Positions 10,803-21,995 of a DNA stretch of 64,000 nucleotides are shown here, piece by piece (position 1 is the stretch's first letter; each line of letters starts with the position of its first letter). The position numbers and the translations under genes were made by a program. The notes under the pieces are model-generated. The model searched no databases. It was given only the letters and a program-made list of their open reading frames with translations, and was not told where the DNA came from. This DNA comes from a bacterium (GTDB lineage: Bacteria; UBA10199; 2-02-FULL-50-16; JAJFLM01): positions 96,001 through 160,000 of the forward strand of contig CBDCFN010000016.1 in NCBI GenBank assembly GCA_965216315.1, given 5' to 3'.

Positions 10803-12161
10803 ATGAAAAATTTACTAGTTGCTCTCGGGATATGTCTTTTCACCTTATCAGCGCCGTCTATACATGCCGGACCGTTTTTGTACGTCACAAACTCAGCTGA
10901 TGATACGGTATCAGTTATCGATACGGCAATCAACGAAGTTGTCGGAGATACGATTTCTGTAGGGAATATACCTGATAAAATTGCCGTCACGCCTGATGGT
11001 AGCCGCGTGTATGTTACCAATTATGGTGACGATACGGTTACAGTTATTGATACAGAGACAAATCAGGTTGTTGGTAATCCCATTGCCGTCGGTAATGGAC
11101 CCGAAGGTATCGAAGTCGGCCCTGATGGCAATTTTGTTTATGTCGCGAATAGTTTGGCGGGGAGCCTGTCGGTGATAGATGTGAGCACCAACAAGGTGAT
11201 TGCAGAGCCGACGGTTGGGGCATCGTCTTGGGAACTTGCCTTAAGTTCCGATGGCAATTTTGTTTATGTCACAAATTATGCGGATGACTCGGTGACGGTC
11301 ATAGATGCTGCCACTAACCAAGTTGTGGGCACTCCAATTGCATCGGGAGAGGCGGATTATGCCATAGGATCTCATCCTGACAGCAATTTCGTTTATGTAG
11401 CGCATAACCAAAACAATACGGTTTCAGCGATCGATACCTCCCTCAATCAGGTCATTGCAGGTCCGATTCCGGTTGGAACGGAGCCCTGGAGCCTGGCACT
11501 GAGTCCCGATGGAAAATACGTTTATGTTGGTTATTTTGGGGGTGGAATCCTTTCTATTATCGATACACAAAATAACGAGCTCCTTGGAGACTCAATAGTG
11601 TTGGGGACGGACATCACGGCCGATCAATTAGTATTCTCTGCCGATGGAAGTCGCTTGTATGCTGTGTCAAGAACGGGTGGAAGTGTTTATGTGATAGATG
11701 CGGAATCTAATGAAGTTATCGGTAGTCCGATTCAGGTAGGTGGCAGTGCAGTAGGGATCGCTATTACACCACCACTCCAAGCCCTTAGTTCCGTGGCGGA
11801 ACTCAATTTTCCGGCGACAGCGATAGGCGAGACCAGCACCGCTCAGAATGTTGAAATCTATTTTGAAGTGGGTGTCGGCGCGTTGAGCTTTGGTGAGACT
11901 CAAGTCACAGGGCCGTTCAAGATTGCCGATACAAGCTGTGCTGAAACGATTTCACTGCAACGCAATGAAACCTGTTCTATTAGTGTCGTTGCTGAACGGA
12001 CCGAAAATAGCGCGCAAGCAGGTATGCTGAAGGTAACGACTCATGATGATAGTGGCACAGTTCTTAATATTGCATTAAGCACCCCTGAAATCGTCGTGCC
12101 CTCCGATGGCGGTGATGGTGCAGGTAATCCCTCCGCAGGTGGATGCAGCTTATTAAGATAA
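10803..12161 (+). CDS. Secreted YVTN/YncE beta-propeller with Ig-like C-terminal domain
   Basis: GGAGG RBS; signal peptide; 7 YVTN..VSVID repeats; ends AGGCSLLR. Confidence 0.9.
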   Translation: MKNLLVALGICLFTLSAPSIHAGPFLYVTNSADDTVSVIDTAINEVVGDTISVGNIPDKIAVTPDGSRVYVTNYGDDTVTVIDTETNQVVGNPIAVGNGPEGIEVGPDGNFVYVANSLAGSLSVIDVSTNKVIAEPTVGASSWELALSSDGNFVYVTNYADDSVTVIDAATNQVVGTPIASGEADYAIGSHPDSNFVYVAHNQNNTVSAIDTSLNQVIAGPIPVGTEPWSLALSPDGKYVYVGYFGGGILSIIDTQNNELLGDSIVLGTDITADQLVFSADGSRLYAVSRTGGSVYVIDAESNEVIGSPIQVGGSAVGIAITPPLQALSSVAELNFPATAIGETSTAQNVEIYFEVGVGALSFGETQVTGPFKIADTSCAETISLQRNETCSISVVAERTENSAQAGMLKVTTHDDSGTVLNIALSTPEIVVPSDGGDGAGNPSAGGCSLLR

Positions 12162-12194
12162 TAAAGTAGTTACATCTAGGGTATTGTTCCAGCT

Positions 12195-13109
12195 ATGAAG
12201 TTCTATCGCACTCCGGATTCTTGCTTTACCGACCTCAAGGACTATCCATTCACTCCCCATTACACGGACGTTCATTCGTTGCGCATGCACTATGTTGACG
12301 AAGGTCCCGAGGCGGCCGATCCGGTTCTCATGCTGCATGGCGAGCCGTCATGGTCTTATCTCTATCGTCATATGATACCCGTGTGTGCCGCTGCGGGTCA
12401 CCGCGTGATCGCGCCCGATCTTATCGGATTCGGCAGGTCGGACAAACCACGAAGACTTGGTGATTATAGCTATAAGAATCACGTCGACTGGATTGCCGGC
12501 TTTATTCAATCGCTTGACCTCAATAACATCACTTTGGTTTGCCAGGACTGGGGATCGCTGATCGGTTTGCGTGTTGCCGCTGAGAATGAAGCCCGCTTCG
12601 CCCGTATTGTCGTCGGTAACGGTGCGCTGCCTACGGGAAAGGGGCGCAATCGCCTGCCACTAGCCTTTACTTTATGGAAAACCTTCGCTCGCTGGAGTCC
12701 TTGGTTCCCGATCGATCGCATCATGATGATTGGAACCTCGAGATCCCTCGATGCTGACGAGCGGCGTGCCTACCGTGCGCCCTTTCCTGCAACTAAATAT
12801 AAAGTGGCAACACGCGCCTTCCCGAGACTCGTACCGGTGTCAACAAAAGATCCCGCCCATCGGGCTAATGAAGCCGCTTGGGAGAGGCTGTGCCGATGGA
12901 ACAAACCTTTTTTGACGGCGTTCAGCGATGGAGATCCGATTTTTAAGGGAAAGGATAAATACTTGCAGCGTCACATCCCCGGAGCCCGTAGTCAGAAGCA
13001 TGTCACTTTAAAAGGAGGGCACTTCTTGCAGGAAGATTCGGGAGTCGAGTTTGCAAACGTCATTAATGATTTCATCGCTGCCACCTCCATGAACTCAAGC
13101 AATGCCTGA
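12195..13109 (+). CDS. Haloalkane dehalogenase (alpha/beta hydrolase)
   Basis: MHYVDEG, HGEPSWSYLYR, QDWG nucleophile, GHFLQED. Confidence 0.92.
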   Translation: MKFYRTPDSCFTDLKDYPFTPHYTDVHSLRMHYVDEGPEAADPVLMLHGEPSWSYLYRHMIPVCAAAGHRVIAPDLIGFGRSDKPRRLGDYSYKNHVDWIAGFIQSLDLNNITLVCQDWGSLIGLRVAAENEARFARIVVGNGALPTGKGRNRLPLAFTLWKTFARWSPWFPIDRIMMIGTSRSLDADERRAYRAPFPATKYKVATRAFPRLVPVSTKDPAHRANEAAWERLCRWNKPFLTAFSDGDPIFKGKDKYLQRHIPGARSQKHVTLKGGHFLQEDSGVEFANVINDFIAATSMNSSNA

Positions 13110-13288
13110 TGCCTGATGCTTGAATGCAGCATTCGGTCTGTCGTTCACGGCTGAGAACAGATAATGCTTTCTTAGCACAACATGCTCTTTACCTGTGACG
13201 ACAAGTTTATAGTTTGATGATGGTGTTCCTAGCACTACTAGTTCGACGGAAACGCTTGCGCGCCCGTTCGAACTAACCATACCGCATC

Positions 13289-13322
13289 CGGGACGGGGCT
13301 CCGTTAGCCCCGTCCCGTTATT
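13289..13322. terminator. GC-rich hairpin between convergent genes
   Basis: GGGACGGGGCT..AGCCCCGTCCC followed by A/T-rich tail. Confidence 0.55.
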
Positions 13323-13348
13323 AATGAACTATTGTCTTGGTACCGACA

Positions 13349-14467
13349 TCAAGACCAGGTGAATTTTTGGAGTGCCGCTTCGAAACGATCGCGTCGGGGA
13401 TGGCTAGCGAGATCTTGTTTGAGCTGTTTCTGAAAGAGCAGCAGTAATTCTTTGATTGCTTTATCGCGCTCTGGGTTGGTCGTTTTGAGATAGATTGGGA
13501 GGCTGGCGATAAAACCGTCGTAGGCGTTGTCGCGCGCGAGGCGGATCCCGCTCAAGAATGAGTCCAGGGCGTAATCGACATCGAGCTGCTGTTGTAAATC
13601 GGGAGGAGCGTCGTGATAACAGCGCTCGAACGCGTCGTACATAAAGAGTGCATCCGCGCGTTCCTCCTCACTGAAGAGGCCCCAACGATAGGCATGGTCG
13701 ATATCGTGATAGGCGGCCTGGAGCGGATGCGCATAACTCTGATGGAAGCGTTGGGGGCTGCAGGCTAGAAGCAGGCAGCGGCGGGCCGGTGTGTCCTCGA
13801 GCATGTCGCGCAAATCAGGCAAGGTGCTGATGCGGGCCGTCAGTTGGAGTTCGAGCGGTGACGCGATGTTGAGGGTTTGCAAGAGCCCGACGAGTAGGGC
13901 GAGGGGCGGCAGGCGGTGGATGCGCGTGCCCTCCGGAAAGAAGAATTCCTGGAGTCCTGCACCGGCGGGATGGCCGACCCCTAAGTTTCTTAAGTTGTTG
14001 GTCGCCGCGGCTTTGGCAGCACTCAAATACAAGACGCGTTGACTTTGTTTGTGGCGAACGGTGACAAAATCGCCGGGTTCATTCGCGAGCACCAGTTCAT
14101 GCATTTCCAAGGCGCCGCCGGCCGGGAAATCGGTTAGCCATCGTTCTACGACGGGCGGACGCTCGGAGATCGCGTCGAGCGGGACCGTGCGGATCTCGTC
14201 GAGAAAATTATGGGGCTGACCCGCTTTGTCTTCGTAGCCCTGCTGTAATTCAGTCGCGAGTGAAGTGCGGAGACTGTTCATCAGAGTGTCAGCCGCCTGA
14301 AATACCGTTACCCGCTGTTGCAAGGCGAGTCGTATCCTCTGTTGGCTCTGTTGTTGACCGTTACGCTGAACGACCGAATTTGCCTGGTTGAGATTGCTGA
14401 GCGTCGTCTGCAAAAAGGCGTAGTTCGCCGGCGTCAAGGCCGTCAATGTTGAGGGGAGTGAAACCAT
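13349..14467 (-). CDS. Hypothetical protein (HDIDH motif)
   Basis: 372 aa ORF; promoter motif 14474-14500 directly upstream of the ATG. Confidence 0.65.
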   Translation of the reverse strand: MVSLPSTLTALTPANYAFLQTTLSNLNQANSVVQRNGQQQSQQRIRLALQQRVTVFQAADTLMNSLRTSLATELQQGYEDKAGQPHNFLDEIRTVPLDAISERPPVVERWLTDFPAGGALEMHELVLANEPGDFVTVRHKQSQRVLYLSAAKAAATNNLRNLGVGHPAGAGLQEFFFPEGTRIHRLPPLALLVGLLQTLNIASPLELQLTARISTLPDLRDMLEDTPARRCLLLACSPQRFHQSYAHPLQAAYHDIDHAYRWGLFSEEERADALFMYDAFERCYHDAPPDLQQQLDVDYALDSFLSGIRLARDNAYDGFIASLPIYLKTTNPERDKAIKELLLLFQKQLKQDLASHPRRDRFEAALQKFTWS

Positions 14468-14659
14468 GCTGTCTTGTCGGGGACGCTGGACGAATGTTGT
14501 CGTTTAGCTCCAGAAAGTGTTGACGCGAGTAAGCGGCGTTTCAGCTGATGGCACCGATCCTCACAGCTTTGGGAGCCGTTCACGTGAATAAGCCCTCTTG
14601 TTATTAACGTTAAATCAAGTTGACGTTAATAAAAATATCCCTTATTAACATTTCAGGAC

Positions 14660-15811
14660 ATGAAACCGGATCAATTCAAAGGCAGCACGGCGGGGAATTG
14701 TATTCTAACAGACCGAGACTATTGGGCTTTTATCCCTAACCCCCTTCCGCCCCCGATCGAGATCGATTGGCGGCTGGCTGACGTCTTATCGGAGGCGGAT
14801 CGGGCCTTGAGTGAACTGTCCGGAGTGGGCCGCTTGCTACCGAATCCCTACCTGTTGATTAATCCCTACGTCCGGAAGGAGGCGGTCTTGAGCTCCCGGA
14901 TCGAGGGGACGCAGGCGAGCTTAAGCGATCTCTTTTATTTCGAAGCGGAGGAGCCGGAGTCCCCGTCGGTTCCCGATGTCCGCGAAGTCCATAATTACGT
15001 CTTGGCTATGAACCACGGCCTCGAGCGCCTCAAGACACTACCGATCAGCAACCGCCTCGTACGAGAGATCCATGCCGTCTTGATGGAAGGGGTCCGAGGC
15101 GGAGCGGCCACGCCGGGAGAATTTCGGCGTTCCCAAAACTGGATCGGACCTCCCGGCTGTACCTTAAAGGAGGCCACGTTTGTGCCGCCCCCGCCGACTG
15201 AAATGAATCAGGCTTTAACGGAGTGGGAAAAGTTTTTACATGCACCCACCGAACTGCCCCCGCTGATTGTGTGCGCGCTCATGCACTATCAGTTCGAGGC
15301 GATCCATCCCTTTCTGGATGGCAATGGGCGGGTGGGGCGGCTGCTGATCACCTTCTTCTTGTGCGAGCGTAATCATCTTTCGGAGCCGTTGCTCTATCTG
15401 TCGGATTATTTTGAAAGGACTCGATCCGATTACTATCGTCATTTACTTGAGGTCAGTCAGTCGGGCACATGGCGCGCCTGGCTGGAGTATTTTCTAAAAG
15501 GCGTTGCGCTTCAGGCCAAGGATGCCTGTGAAACCGCGACCCGCCTGATGGACCTACATCAGAAGTATCGTACTCAGGTGGGAACAAAACGCGTTCCTGC
15601 GGCGGCCTATCAGCTGGTCGATCAAATTTTTATTACCCCCGTTCTTTCTATCGCGAAGCTCGCTCGTGAATGGAAGATGTCTTATCCCAAGGTGACCCGT
15701 GGCATAGAACGACTTGTCAAAATAGGAATACTCAAAGAAGTGACGGGACAACGTCGCAACCGTCTCTTTGCGGCCGATCAACTGATCCGACTTTTGACCC
15801 GTGAAAAATAA
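14660..15811 (+). CDS. Fic family protein with N-terminal domain and C-terminal wHTH
   Basis: EAVLSSRIEGT and HPFLDGNGRVGR. Confidence 0.92.
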   Translation: MKPDQFKGSTAGNCILTDRDYWAFIPNPLPPPIEIDWRLADVLSEADRALSELSGVGRLLPNPYLLINPYVRKEAVLSSRIEGTQASLSDLFYFEAEEPESPSVPDVREVHNYVLAMNHGLERLKTLPISNRLVREIHAVLMEGVRGGAATPGEFRRSQNWIGPPGCTLKEATFVPPPPTEMNQALTEWEKFLHAPTELPPLIVCALMHYQFEAIHPFLDGNGRVGRLLITFFLCERNHLSEPLLYLSDYFERTRSDYYRHLLEVSQSGTWRAWLEYFLKGVALQAKDACETATRLMDLHQKYRTQVGTKRVPAAAYQLVDQIFITPVLSIAKLAREWKMSYPKVTRGIERLVKIGILKEVTGQRRNRLFAADQLIRLLTREK

Positions 15812-15953
15812 GGTGTTCACAACTGTAAACACTTTTCGCGCCGTTTTCACAACTTATGCTGATACATTTCGAAAAGCCGTAAGGATTCGGAGATGGATCC
15901 GAGTTGTGCCGTGACGATTTTCGCATCATTTGGTGAAGAAAAGAGTCGGAACC

Positions 15954-16991
15954 ATGTCATTTATCGCCAGCATCCCGATATCGGGGTATCTAAACAGCTT
16001 TCAGGTATTGCCGGATGCCGGGCAGATGGTCGTTCCGATCGTCTACGGTAGCCTCGGGCGTCCGTCGGCGGTCACCGTTAAAGCGGAGGTACTGACCTCG
16101 GAAAATGTCGATCGCTTCGCGGAGGCGGCTAGAGCATTGTTGCAAGGTCGAAAATCTCCGGGGCCGGTGCTATCAGAGGGTTGGGACATCCAGCGGGATC
16201 CTCTCGATGATCTCCTGGGTCGCAAGCGTATTCACGTCATCGAGCAGGTTGTGGGCTCGGGACCTTGGAAAGAGATTCAACTCACGGAGTCTGGTTCGAC
16301 CGATGAGGTTGGGCTTGTCGTGAATGTCAGCCAGCACCGAAACTCTCGTTCGGTTACGATGGGCATGGATATAGGCCGGGCCCGTAGACCTGCTTCTCTT
16401 GATGACTGGATTCTCACCAACGACTTTGCGATGCGATTGGAGGGACTTGCCGTTCGCGGGCTTAAGGAGTACGTCGGCCTATTGCCGGAGCACCGCGTGG
16501 ATCTCGTCTGTCATGTCTTCTTCAAGAGCCTGGGGTTGATGCTCGATGAGGAGGAATTCGAGGATGACTCACTTCCCCCACGCTTGAGAGAACTATTTGA
16601 AACGATGAAGCAGGTGAAACCTTCGCGGGAAAGAATGTATGAGCAGGCCGTGGAGATATTCGGTGAGGAAGAAGCGAAAAAGATCATGAATCGAGAGCCG
16701 AGGCAGGGGACGTCACGGGATGTCTACGTCCAATCGCATATCAGAGATCTCGGGCCGGGTGAGACATGCTCCTTTGACTATCGTGTCGAGAAAGAAAGTC
16801 TCGGTTTTACGGAGGAAGTCGCGATTTATTTTTTTTCATCAAGTCATCACTTTCCCTGGCCGCTCCCCACGTCGGTCCGCCCGATGTGGGACTGGTTGCT
16901 CTCGGATCGCTCCGAACCGGACGAAAATATGCGTCAAAAATATTATGAAATGACAGAGCGGACCTACGGCCATCTAAAACTCCGTAGTTGA
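15954..16991 (+). CDS. Hypothetical protein
   Basis: Long ORF, probable start MSFIASIP; promoter module at 15813-15875. Confidence 0.6.
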   Translation: MSFIASIPISGYLNSFQVLPDAGQMVVPIVYGSLGRPSAVTVKAEVLTSENVDRFAEAARALLQGRKSPGPVLSEGWDIQRDPLDDLLGRKRIHVIEQVVGSGPWKEIQLTESGSTDEVGLVVNVSQHRNSRSVTMGMDIGRARRPASLDDWILTNDFAMRLEGLAVRGLKEYVGLLPEHRVDLVCHVFFKSLGLMLDEEEFEDDSLPPRLRELFETMKQVKPSRERMYEQAVEIFGEEEAKKIMNREPRQGTSRDVYVQSHIRDLGPGETCSFDYRVEKESLGFTEEVAIYFFSSSHHFPWPLPTSVRPMWDWLLSDRSEPDENMRQKYYEMTERTYGHLKLRS

Positions 16992-17022
16992 ACCTTCGCA
17001 TTCATACCGCTATCTTGAGTGT

Positions 17023-18180
17023 ATGGATGCCCCGATTTATCTGGACAACCACGCGACCACGCCCGTGGACCCCAAGGTCCTCGAGGCGATGCTGCCGTAC
17101 TTTCAAGAGCGGTTCGGCAATGCGGCGAGCAAACAGCATTCTTATGGCTGGGTGGCCGAAGAGGCCGTGGAGACCGCGCGCGAACAAATCGCGAAGCTGA
17201 TTGGCTGCAAGGCCAAAGAGATCGTTTTTACCAGCGGGGCGACGGAGGCCAACAACCTCGCCTTGTTCGGGGTCGCCCAGAGCTATCGTCCCCAAGGGAA
17301 GCATATTATTACGGTCGTTACCGAACACAAGGCCATCCTCGATCCGGTTGCCTATCTGGCAAAGAATGGATTCGACGTCACGTATCTTTCCGTCGATAAG
17401 CAAGGACACATCGATCTCGATCGGCTTGAAAAGGCGATTACGGATCAAACGATTTTAATCTCCGTCATGGCGGCGAACAATGAAATCGGGACCCTGCATC
17501 CTCTCGCTGAAATTGGTCAGTTCGCCAAGACGAAGGACGTTTTTTTTCACACCGACGCCGCCCAGGCGCTCGGAAAAATCCCATTAAATGTTGAAGCGAT
17601 GGGTATCGATTTAGTCAGCCTTTCCGCGCATAAGCTCTATGGGCCCAAGGGGATCGGGGCCCTTTATGTCCGGTCCCGTGATCCGCATGTGCAGTTGCTT
17701 CCTCAGATCTTGGGGGGCGGCCACGAACGCGGGTTGCGTTCCGGGACCTTAGCGGTTCCGCTCTGTGTCGGCTTTGGGGCGGCCTGTGCGCTTGCGCATC
17801 AGGTGATGCCGGAAGAGGCGCCGCGGATGAAGGGCCTCCGCGATCGTTTGCAGGACGGAATTTGCAATCAATTGGATGCCGTCCTTTTAAACGGCGATGC
17901 CGCGCGGCGCTTGCCCAACAATCTCAACCTCAGTTTTGCGGGGACGCAGGCCGAGGCCTTGATGATGAAACTTGATACGGTCGCCTGTTCCTCCGGTTCG
18001 GCGTGCACGACCGCGGACCCCAAACCGTCGCACGTGCTCCGTGCTTTAGGTCTGGGTGAAGATCTCGCGCATGCCGCCCTGCGCTTTGGCGTAGGACGCT
18101 TCAATACCGAGGCGGAGATCGACGTGGCGATCGAAAAGATCGTTGCCGCCGTCAATGAGCTCCGCGCAGGGTCTGGATAA
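17023..18180 (+). CDS. iscS: Cysteine desulfurase (IscS type)
   Basis: [19 protein letters not shown] (PLP Lys), SSGSACT catalytic Cys. Confidence 0.93.
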   Translation: MDAPIYLDNHATTPVDPKVLEAMLPYFQERFGNAASKQHSYGWVAEEAVETAREQIAKLIGCKAKEIVFTSGATEANNLALFGVAQSYRPQGKHIITVVTEHKAILDPVAYLAKNGFDVTYLSVDKQGHIDLDRLEKAITDQTILISVMAANNEIGTLHPLAEIGQFAKTKDVFFHTDAAQALGKIPLNVEAMGIDLVSLSAHKLYGPKGIGALYVRSRDPHVQLLPQILGGGHERGLRSGTLAVPLCVGFGAACALAHQVMPEEAPRMKGLRDRLQDGICNQLDAVLLNGDAARRLPNNLNLSFAGTQAEALMMKLDTVACSSGSACTTADPKPSHVLRALGLGEDLAHAALRFGVGRFNTEAEIDVAIEKIVAAVNELRAGSG

Positions 18181-19198
18181 AAATTTCCAGTGATTCCGTT
18201 AAGAGATCAGCGAGTTGTGCCGCTGCGGTGACTTCAGGGTCGCCGCCGTCATCGGCCGGCACAACAGCGCCGAGCCTTTGCAGCTCCGATCCGACGACAT
18301 CACCTAGGGTCATCGAATTCCGCGGCAGATCCAAGGGCAGCGGGATTTCTTCGCTCTCATCATCCAGCAGCTTGATGTCGGGGCTCGAAGGGACGATTTC
18401 GTCATCGATACTGATGCGGCTCTGCGGCGCGCCCATGGTCTCTTGAAAGAGCGTGAGAGCGAGTTCACGGAGTGGGTCAGCAACGTTGAAGGCGGCCTGC
18501 AACTTGGCTTCAAAGGGATCTATCTCATCAGAAATTTGTCCCAAGAAAACCAACGCTGATTGGAGACGCATGGTAATCGCCAGGGCGGCTTCGTATTGAC
18601 TATGGATCGCATCGACATCGGACAAGAGGTCGATCGAGAGTGACGAGAGCGAGGCGTCTAAATCCAACAGGCTCGGTAAGGTCGGTCGGAATCCCATAAT
18701 GAGTCGGGCCGCGTTGATCGTTGCCGTGTCTTGGGTACGCGCCAAATGAGGCTGTTCGAGGAGAAACTCTAATTCGCGCGCCCGCGCGGCAAAGGCGTCT
18801 TCTCCTTCCAACTCGATATCACGGAGAATCGCGAGTGCATCATCGTTGTCAGCAAGGGCCTCGACGTAACTGATTTCATGAGTGACCGAGTCGCCTTCTC
18901 GAACGATAGAAAAGAATTCGTGGATCAGATCGAGTGGCGTCTCGCCTTCGTCAACCTCAGTCTGAGGGGCTGCATTGAGTAGCTGGTTGGCACTATCAGC
19001 CAAAGAATGCTCGCCGATTTCCTCGAGGGCCGGTCCCACGCTGCGCAGATAAGGGTCGACTTCCTCAACCGACTCCGTTTGCAGGGCATCATCCAAAAAA
19101 CTCTGGACGAAAGACACATTATAGGCACTGAGATTGGTAACACTGGCCAGGGCAAGTGAACTCGTGTTCAATGATAGCGACGGAATAGCCGAAAACAT
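18152..19198 (-). CDS. Hypothetical acidic helical protein
   Basis: GAGGAG RBS; promoter motif 19245-19271. Confidence 0.65.
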   Translation of the reverse strand: MFSAIPSLSLNTSSLALASVTNLSAYNVSFVQSFLDDALQTESVEEVDPYLRSVGPALEEIGEHSLADSANQLLNAAPQTEVDEGETPLDLIHEFFSIVREGDSVTHEISYVEALADNDDALAILRDIELEGEDAFAARARELEFLLEQPHLARTQDTATINAARLIMGFRPTLPSLLDLDASLSSLSIDLLSDVDAIHSQYEAALAITMRLQSALVFLGQISDEIDPFEAKLQAAFNVADPLRELALTLFQETMGAPQSRISIDDEIVPSSPDIKLLDDESEEIPLPLDLPRNSMTLGDVVGSELQRLGAVVPADDGGDPEVTAAAQLADLLTESLEIFIQTLRGAH

Positions 19199-19281
19199 AA
19201 CAGACTCCTCATATTATTTGATGAATTCACAATGACGAGCCGTGTCATCGACGGGCGCGGCGATAGGTTGCGTCTTTTTTT

Positions 19282-20202
19282 CTAGGCCTTTAGCGCGTAG
19301 CGTAGCCCATCATGGAAGACCTGGTTGTATTCCTGCAGTTGCTCCAGGTGCTTTTTGATCATTTTATCCGAGAAGTAGACCTTGAGGGGATCCTTGAGCA
19401 GGGCCGGGCGATAGATAATTCCTTCCGTCGTGAGTTCGGAAATGGTCTTGGGGCCGTCCTTGAGGGCGGCCAGGATGAGTTCTTCGCGCCGGCTGAAATG
19501 GCGTTGAAAACGTTCCAGTTTCTCCAAAAATTTTTCACGGGTGAAAATGCGCACTCCATGTGACGTAATGTAATGGGGCACGTCGATGGCGCGAACTTTT
19601 TCAATCGATTGCTTAAATAGTTCAATGTCCGAAACTTCGTTGGCATACCAAGGGCCGAAGGGCGTCAGGTCGATGTCCGAAGTAAAGAGCAGCCCGATAT
19701 CGATAAAATGAATTCCAATCAACCCCGGCGTGTGCCCGGGGAGATGGATGATCTCAAGCTGGTGTTGATCCGTTTCGAGAATCTGCCCATCTTCAAGTTC
19801 GACGCTTACCGGGGTTTCATGGAGGTGCATCTGTTGCCACATACGTCGGACCCATTCAGAATAAATAGAACTTTCGTCGTTATCGATTCGTTTTTGAAAT
19901 GCCTTCCAGGAGCGTAACGCCGGTGCATCTTCCTTGTGGCACATGAAAGTCGCATTAGGGAAACGGCTGTTCAGGGCACGATGGTCGCTGTGATAATGCG
20001 TATTAATAATGCGGTAACTGACGTTGCTGAGGGCCAGATGTCGCAAATACGTGAAGTTGGCTGAAGGGTCGATGATGATGGGTTCGTGGCCGTGGACGAC
20101 AATGCTGTTCGCAAAAAAGAAATCTTTAGAGTTGCGCGCCCACACCAATTCTACATTGCCGCACCGGTGCCCGTGTTCCGTTTCTTTGAAATCTTTATGC
20201 AT
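19282..20202 (-). CDS. MBL-fold metallo-hydrolase with C-terminal wHTH
   Basis: THYHSDH, GHTPG, FTSD, SHG motifs. Confidence 0.88.
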   Translation of the reverse strand: MHKDFKETEHGHRCGNVELVWARNSKDFFFANSIVVHGHEPIIIDPSANFTYLRHLALSNVSYRIINTHYHSDHRALNSRFPNATFMCHKEDAPALRSWKAFQKRIDNDESSIYSEWVRRMWQQMHLHETPVSVELEDGQILETDQHQLEIIHLPGHTPGLIGIHFIDIGLLFTSDIDLTPFGPWYANEVSDIELFKQSIEKVRAIDVPHYITSHGVRIFTREKFLEKLERFQRHFSRREELILAALKDGPKTISELTTEGIIYRPALLKDPLKVYFSDKMIKKHLEQLQEYNQVFHDGLRYALKA

Positions 20203-20208
20203 TGCTGT

Positions 20209-20700
20209 TTAGTCGTGTTGTTCGATGGCGAGCAATTTACGTTTGATTGCCAGTCCACCGGTGTAACCGCCGATGCTTCCGTCTTTTTGGATGATGCGAT
20301 GACAGGGAACGACCAATGAAAACGGATTTTTTCCGTTGGCCTGGCCGACCGCGCGGACGGCGGCGGGATTACGGATTTTGTTGGCAATCCATTGATACGA
20401 CCGGGTCTCGCCATAGGGGACGGCTTGTAAGGCGCGCCAGACTTTTTGTTGAAAAGGAGTCCCTTGTGACCAATCAAACGGCCAATTGAAGGTGGGAGTC
20501 TCTCCGTTAAAATACTTGTCGAGATCACGAACGACTCTTTTGAGCAGGCGAAGCTCGGCGCCGCTTCCATGGATTTCAGGCGTGGCGTTCCGTGCCGCTT
20601 TACCGGTGATCCATTCAACGGACTGGACCCGTCCCTGGGCGCAGCAAACCCGCAGCGGCGGCAAGTCCGGCGGCGTTATGATCGCGTAATTAGCAAGCAT
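20209..20700 (-). CDS. ogt: Methylated-DNA-protein-cysteine methyltransferase
   Basis: GTPFQQKVW, RAVGQANGKNP, PCHR active site. Confidence 0.93.
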   Translation of the reverse strand: MLANYAIITPPDLPPLRVCCAQGRVQSVEWITGKAARNATPEIHGSGAELRLLKRVVRDLDKYFNGETPTFNWPFDWSQGTPFQQKVWRALQAVPYGETRSYQWIANKIRNPAAVRAVGQANGKNPFSLVVPCHRIIQKDGSIGGYTGGLAIKRKLLAIEQHD

Positions 20701-20726
20701 GCAAATTTCCTATTATCAGCTTCACA

Positions 20727-20847
20727 TTATCAAAATGAGAAAATTATCAAAATGAGAACAAAAAAATCGGTTCTCATTTTGATAAAGTGTTTAAAATCAG
20801 TAACTTATCCGTGCCTCCGCGCGTCAGATTTTGGCATGCCATATGCA
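20727..20847 (+). promoter_or_regulatory. Sigma54 promoter with three upstream enhancer-like sites
   Basis: TTGGCATGCCATATGCA (GG-N10-GC) at 20831-20847; TTATCAAAATGAGAA twice (20727, 20744) and inverted (20771). Confidence 0.7.
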
Positions 20848-20912
20848 AAGTATTGTAAGAGAGCGAGGCGTGTGCGCTCCAGCATGAGCCTCAATCGTTA
20901 CGGATAGGTGAT

Positions 20913-21299
20913 GTGATGTCAATGGATAACCGAGACCCAGAAGGCGTGGAATCTTCCCGAAAAAAGGCCGAAAGCGGCACGGATCTCTCGCCCTGGGCAC
21001 GCTACTGGGCCCGTCATAAGCGGGTTCCGCAGGATAGCCACCTCGTGAGCTTCGGGGATAAGGTGACCTATACCTTCGCCATGGGCAATGATGTCGCCTC
21101 GATTCACTATGATCAGCACCGTGGCGAAGTCTTCTACAAAGGCCATAAAGTTGAAACGTCCCGCTTGGATGCCTGGATGATCGACCTGCTCAAACATTTC
21201 AAAACTATTCTCGCCGAGAGCGAATATGCGGAAAAGTTCCTCAAGGGCTATTCCGAACTCCTCAATAAGAAACTCCATATGCCCCCCAAGGGCGAATAA
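20913..21299 (+). CDS. Hypothetical protein
   Basis: First ORF after the sigma54 promoter. Confidence 0.6.
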   Translation: MMSMDNRDPEGVESSRKKAESGTDLSPWARYWARHKRVPQDSHLVSFGDKVTYTFAMGNDVASIHYDQHRGEVFYKGHKVETSRLDAWMIDLLKHFKTILAESEYAEKFLKGYSELLNKKLHMPPKGE

Positions 21300-21332
21300 G
21301 TCCTGTGCTTTCTAATCAAGCCTCGCTGGGTT

Positions 21333-21995
21333 ATGATAAGGCTATCTATGCGGATTCGTGATCGCTTCAAAGATTTGCGCTTGCCTAAACTAGGGCGGGC
21401 ACGGCGCAAAAAAACGCTGACCGATGTCGCCCTCGATCCGGTTTTTTCTTATGAACGTGACGGCCACCGTTGGACCTTCGAAGAAGGGCATATTTTAATC
21501 GACGGTCATGATGTCAATCCGGTGATTTCGGAAGAAGAGACGACGGTCAGCACCTTGATTGGTTTGGCGTCCGGATTGGATGATTATAAAAAAGTCGTTG
21601 GTAATTCAAGACAGGCACCCCGCGCAGGGCGCCTCTTGGCGCTGGCTGACGCCTTGGTTGAGAAAGTTCTTGGCAAGGTCAAAAAAGTTTACGATGACAA
21701 GATATTCGGCGTGTCCTGGAAATTTAAGGATGGCGCCTTGATAGTCAACGGCGTGAATATTCATTCGTTCTTGGCCCTCTATCGTGTTCGCAAGACCGAA
21801 AAGGCCCGCCGTTTTCTCGTGGGGCTCAGATCTAAGATCGATACCTTAATAGCCAACCCAGCCGGCAGTCTTCGCAACGAAAAGGCGCGCCGGCTTTTAT
21901 TGGAACTACAAAGGGAAATCGATGAAGAACTGCGCAAATCATCTTCCGCTGGTGTGGCTGGCCGTCTCCTTAATTCTGGGGATCCTCAGCAGTGA
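21333..21995 (+). CDS. Hypothetical protein with internal duplication
   Basis: WTFEEGHILIDGHDV and WKFKDGALIVNGVNI; overlaps the comEC start. Confidence 0.65.
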   Translation: MIRLSMRIRDRFKDLRLPKLGRARRKKTLTDVALDPVFSYERDGHRWTFEEGHILIDGHDVNPVISEEETTVSTLIGLASGLDDYKKVVGNSRQAPRAGRLLALADALVEKVLGKVKKVYDDKIFGVSWKFKDGALIVNGVNIHSFLALYRVRKTEKARRFLVGLRSKIDTLIANPAGSLRNEKARRLLLELQREIDEELRKSSSAGVAGRLLNSGDPQQ

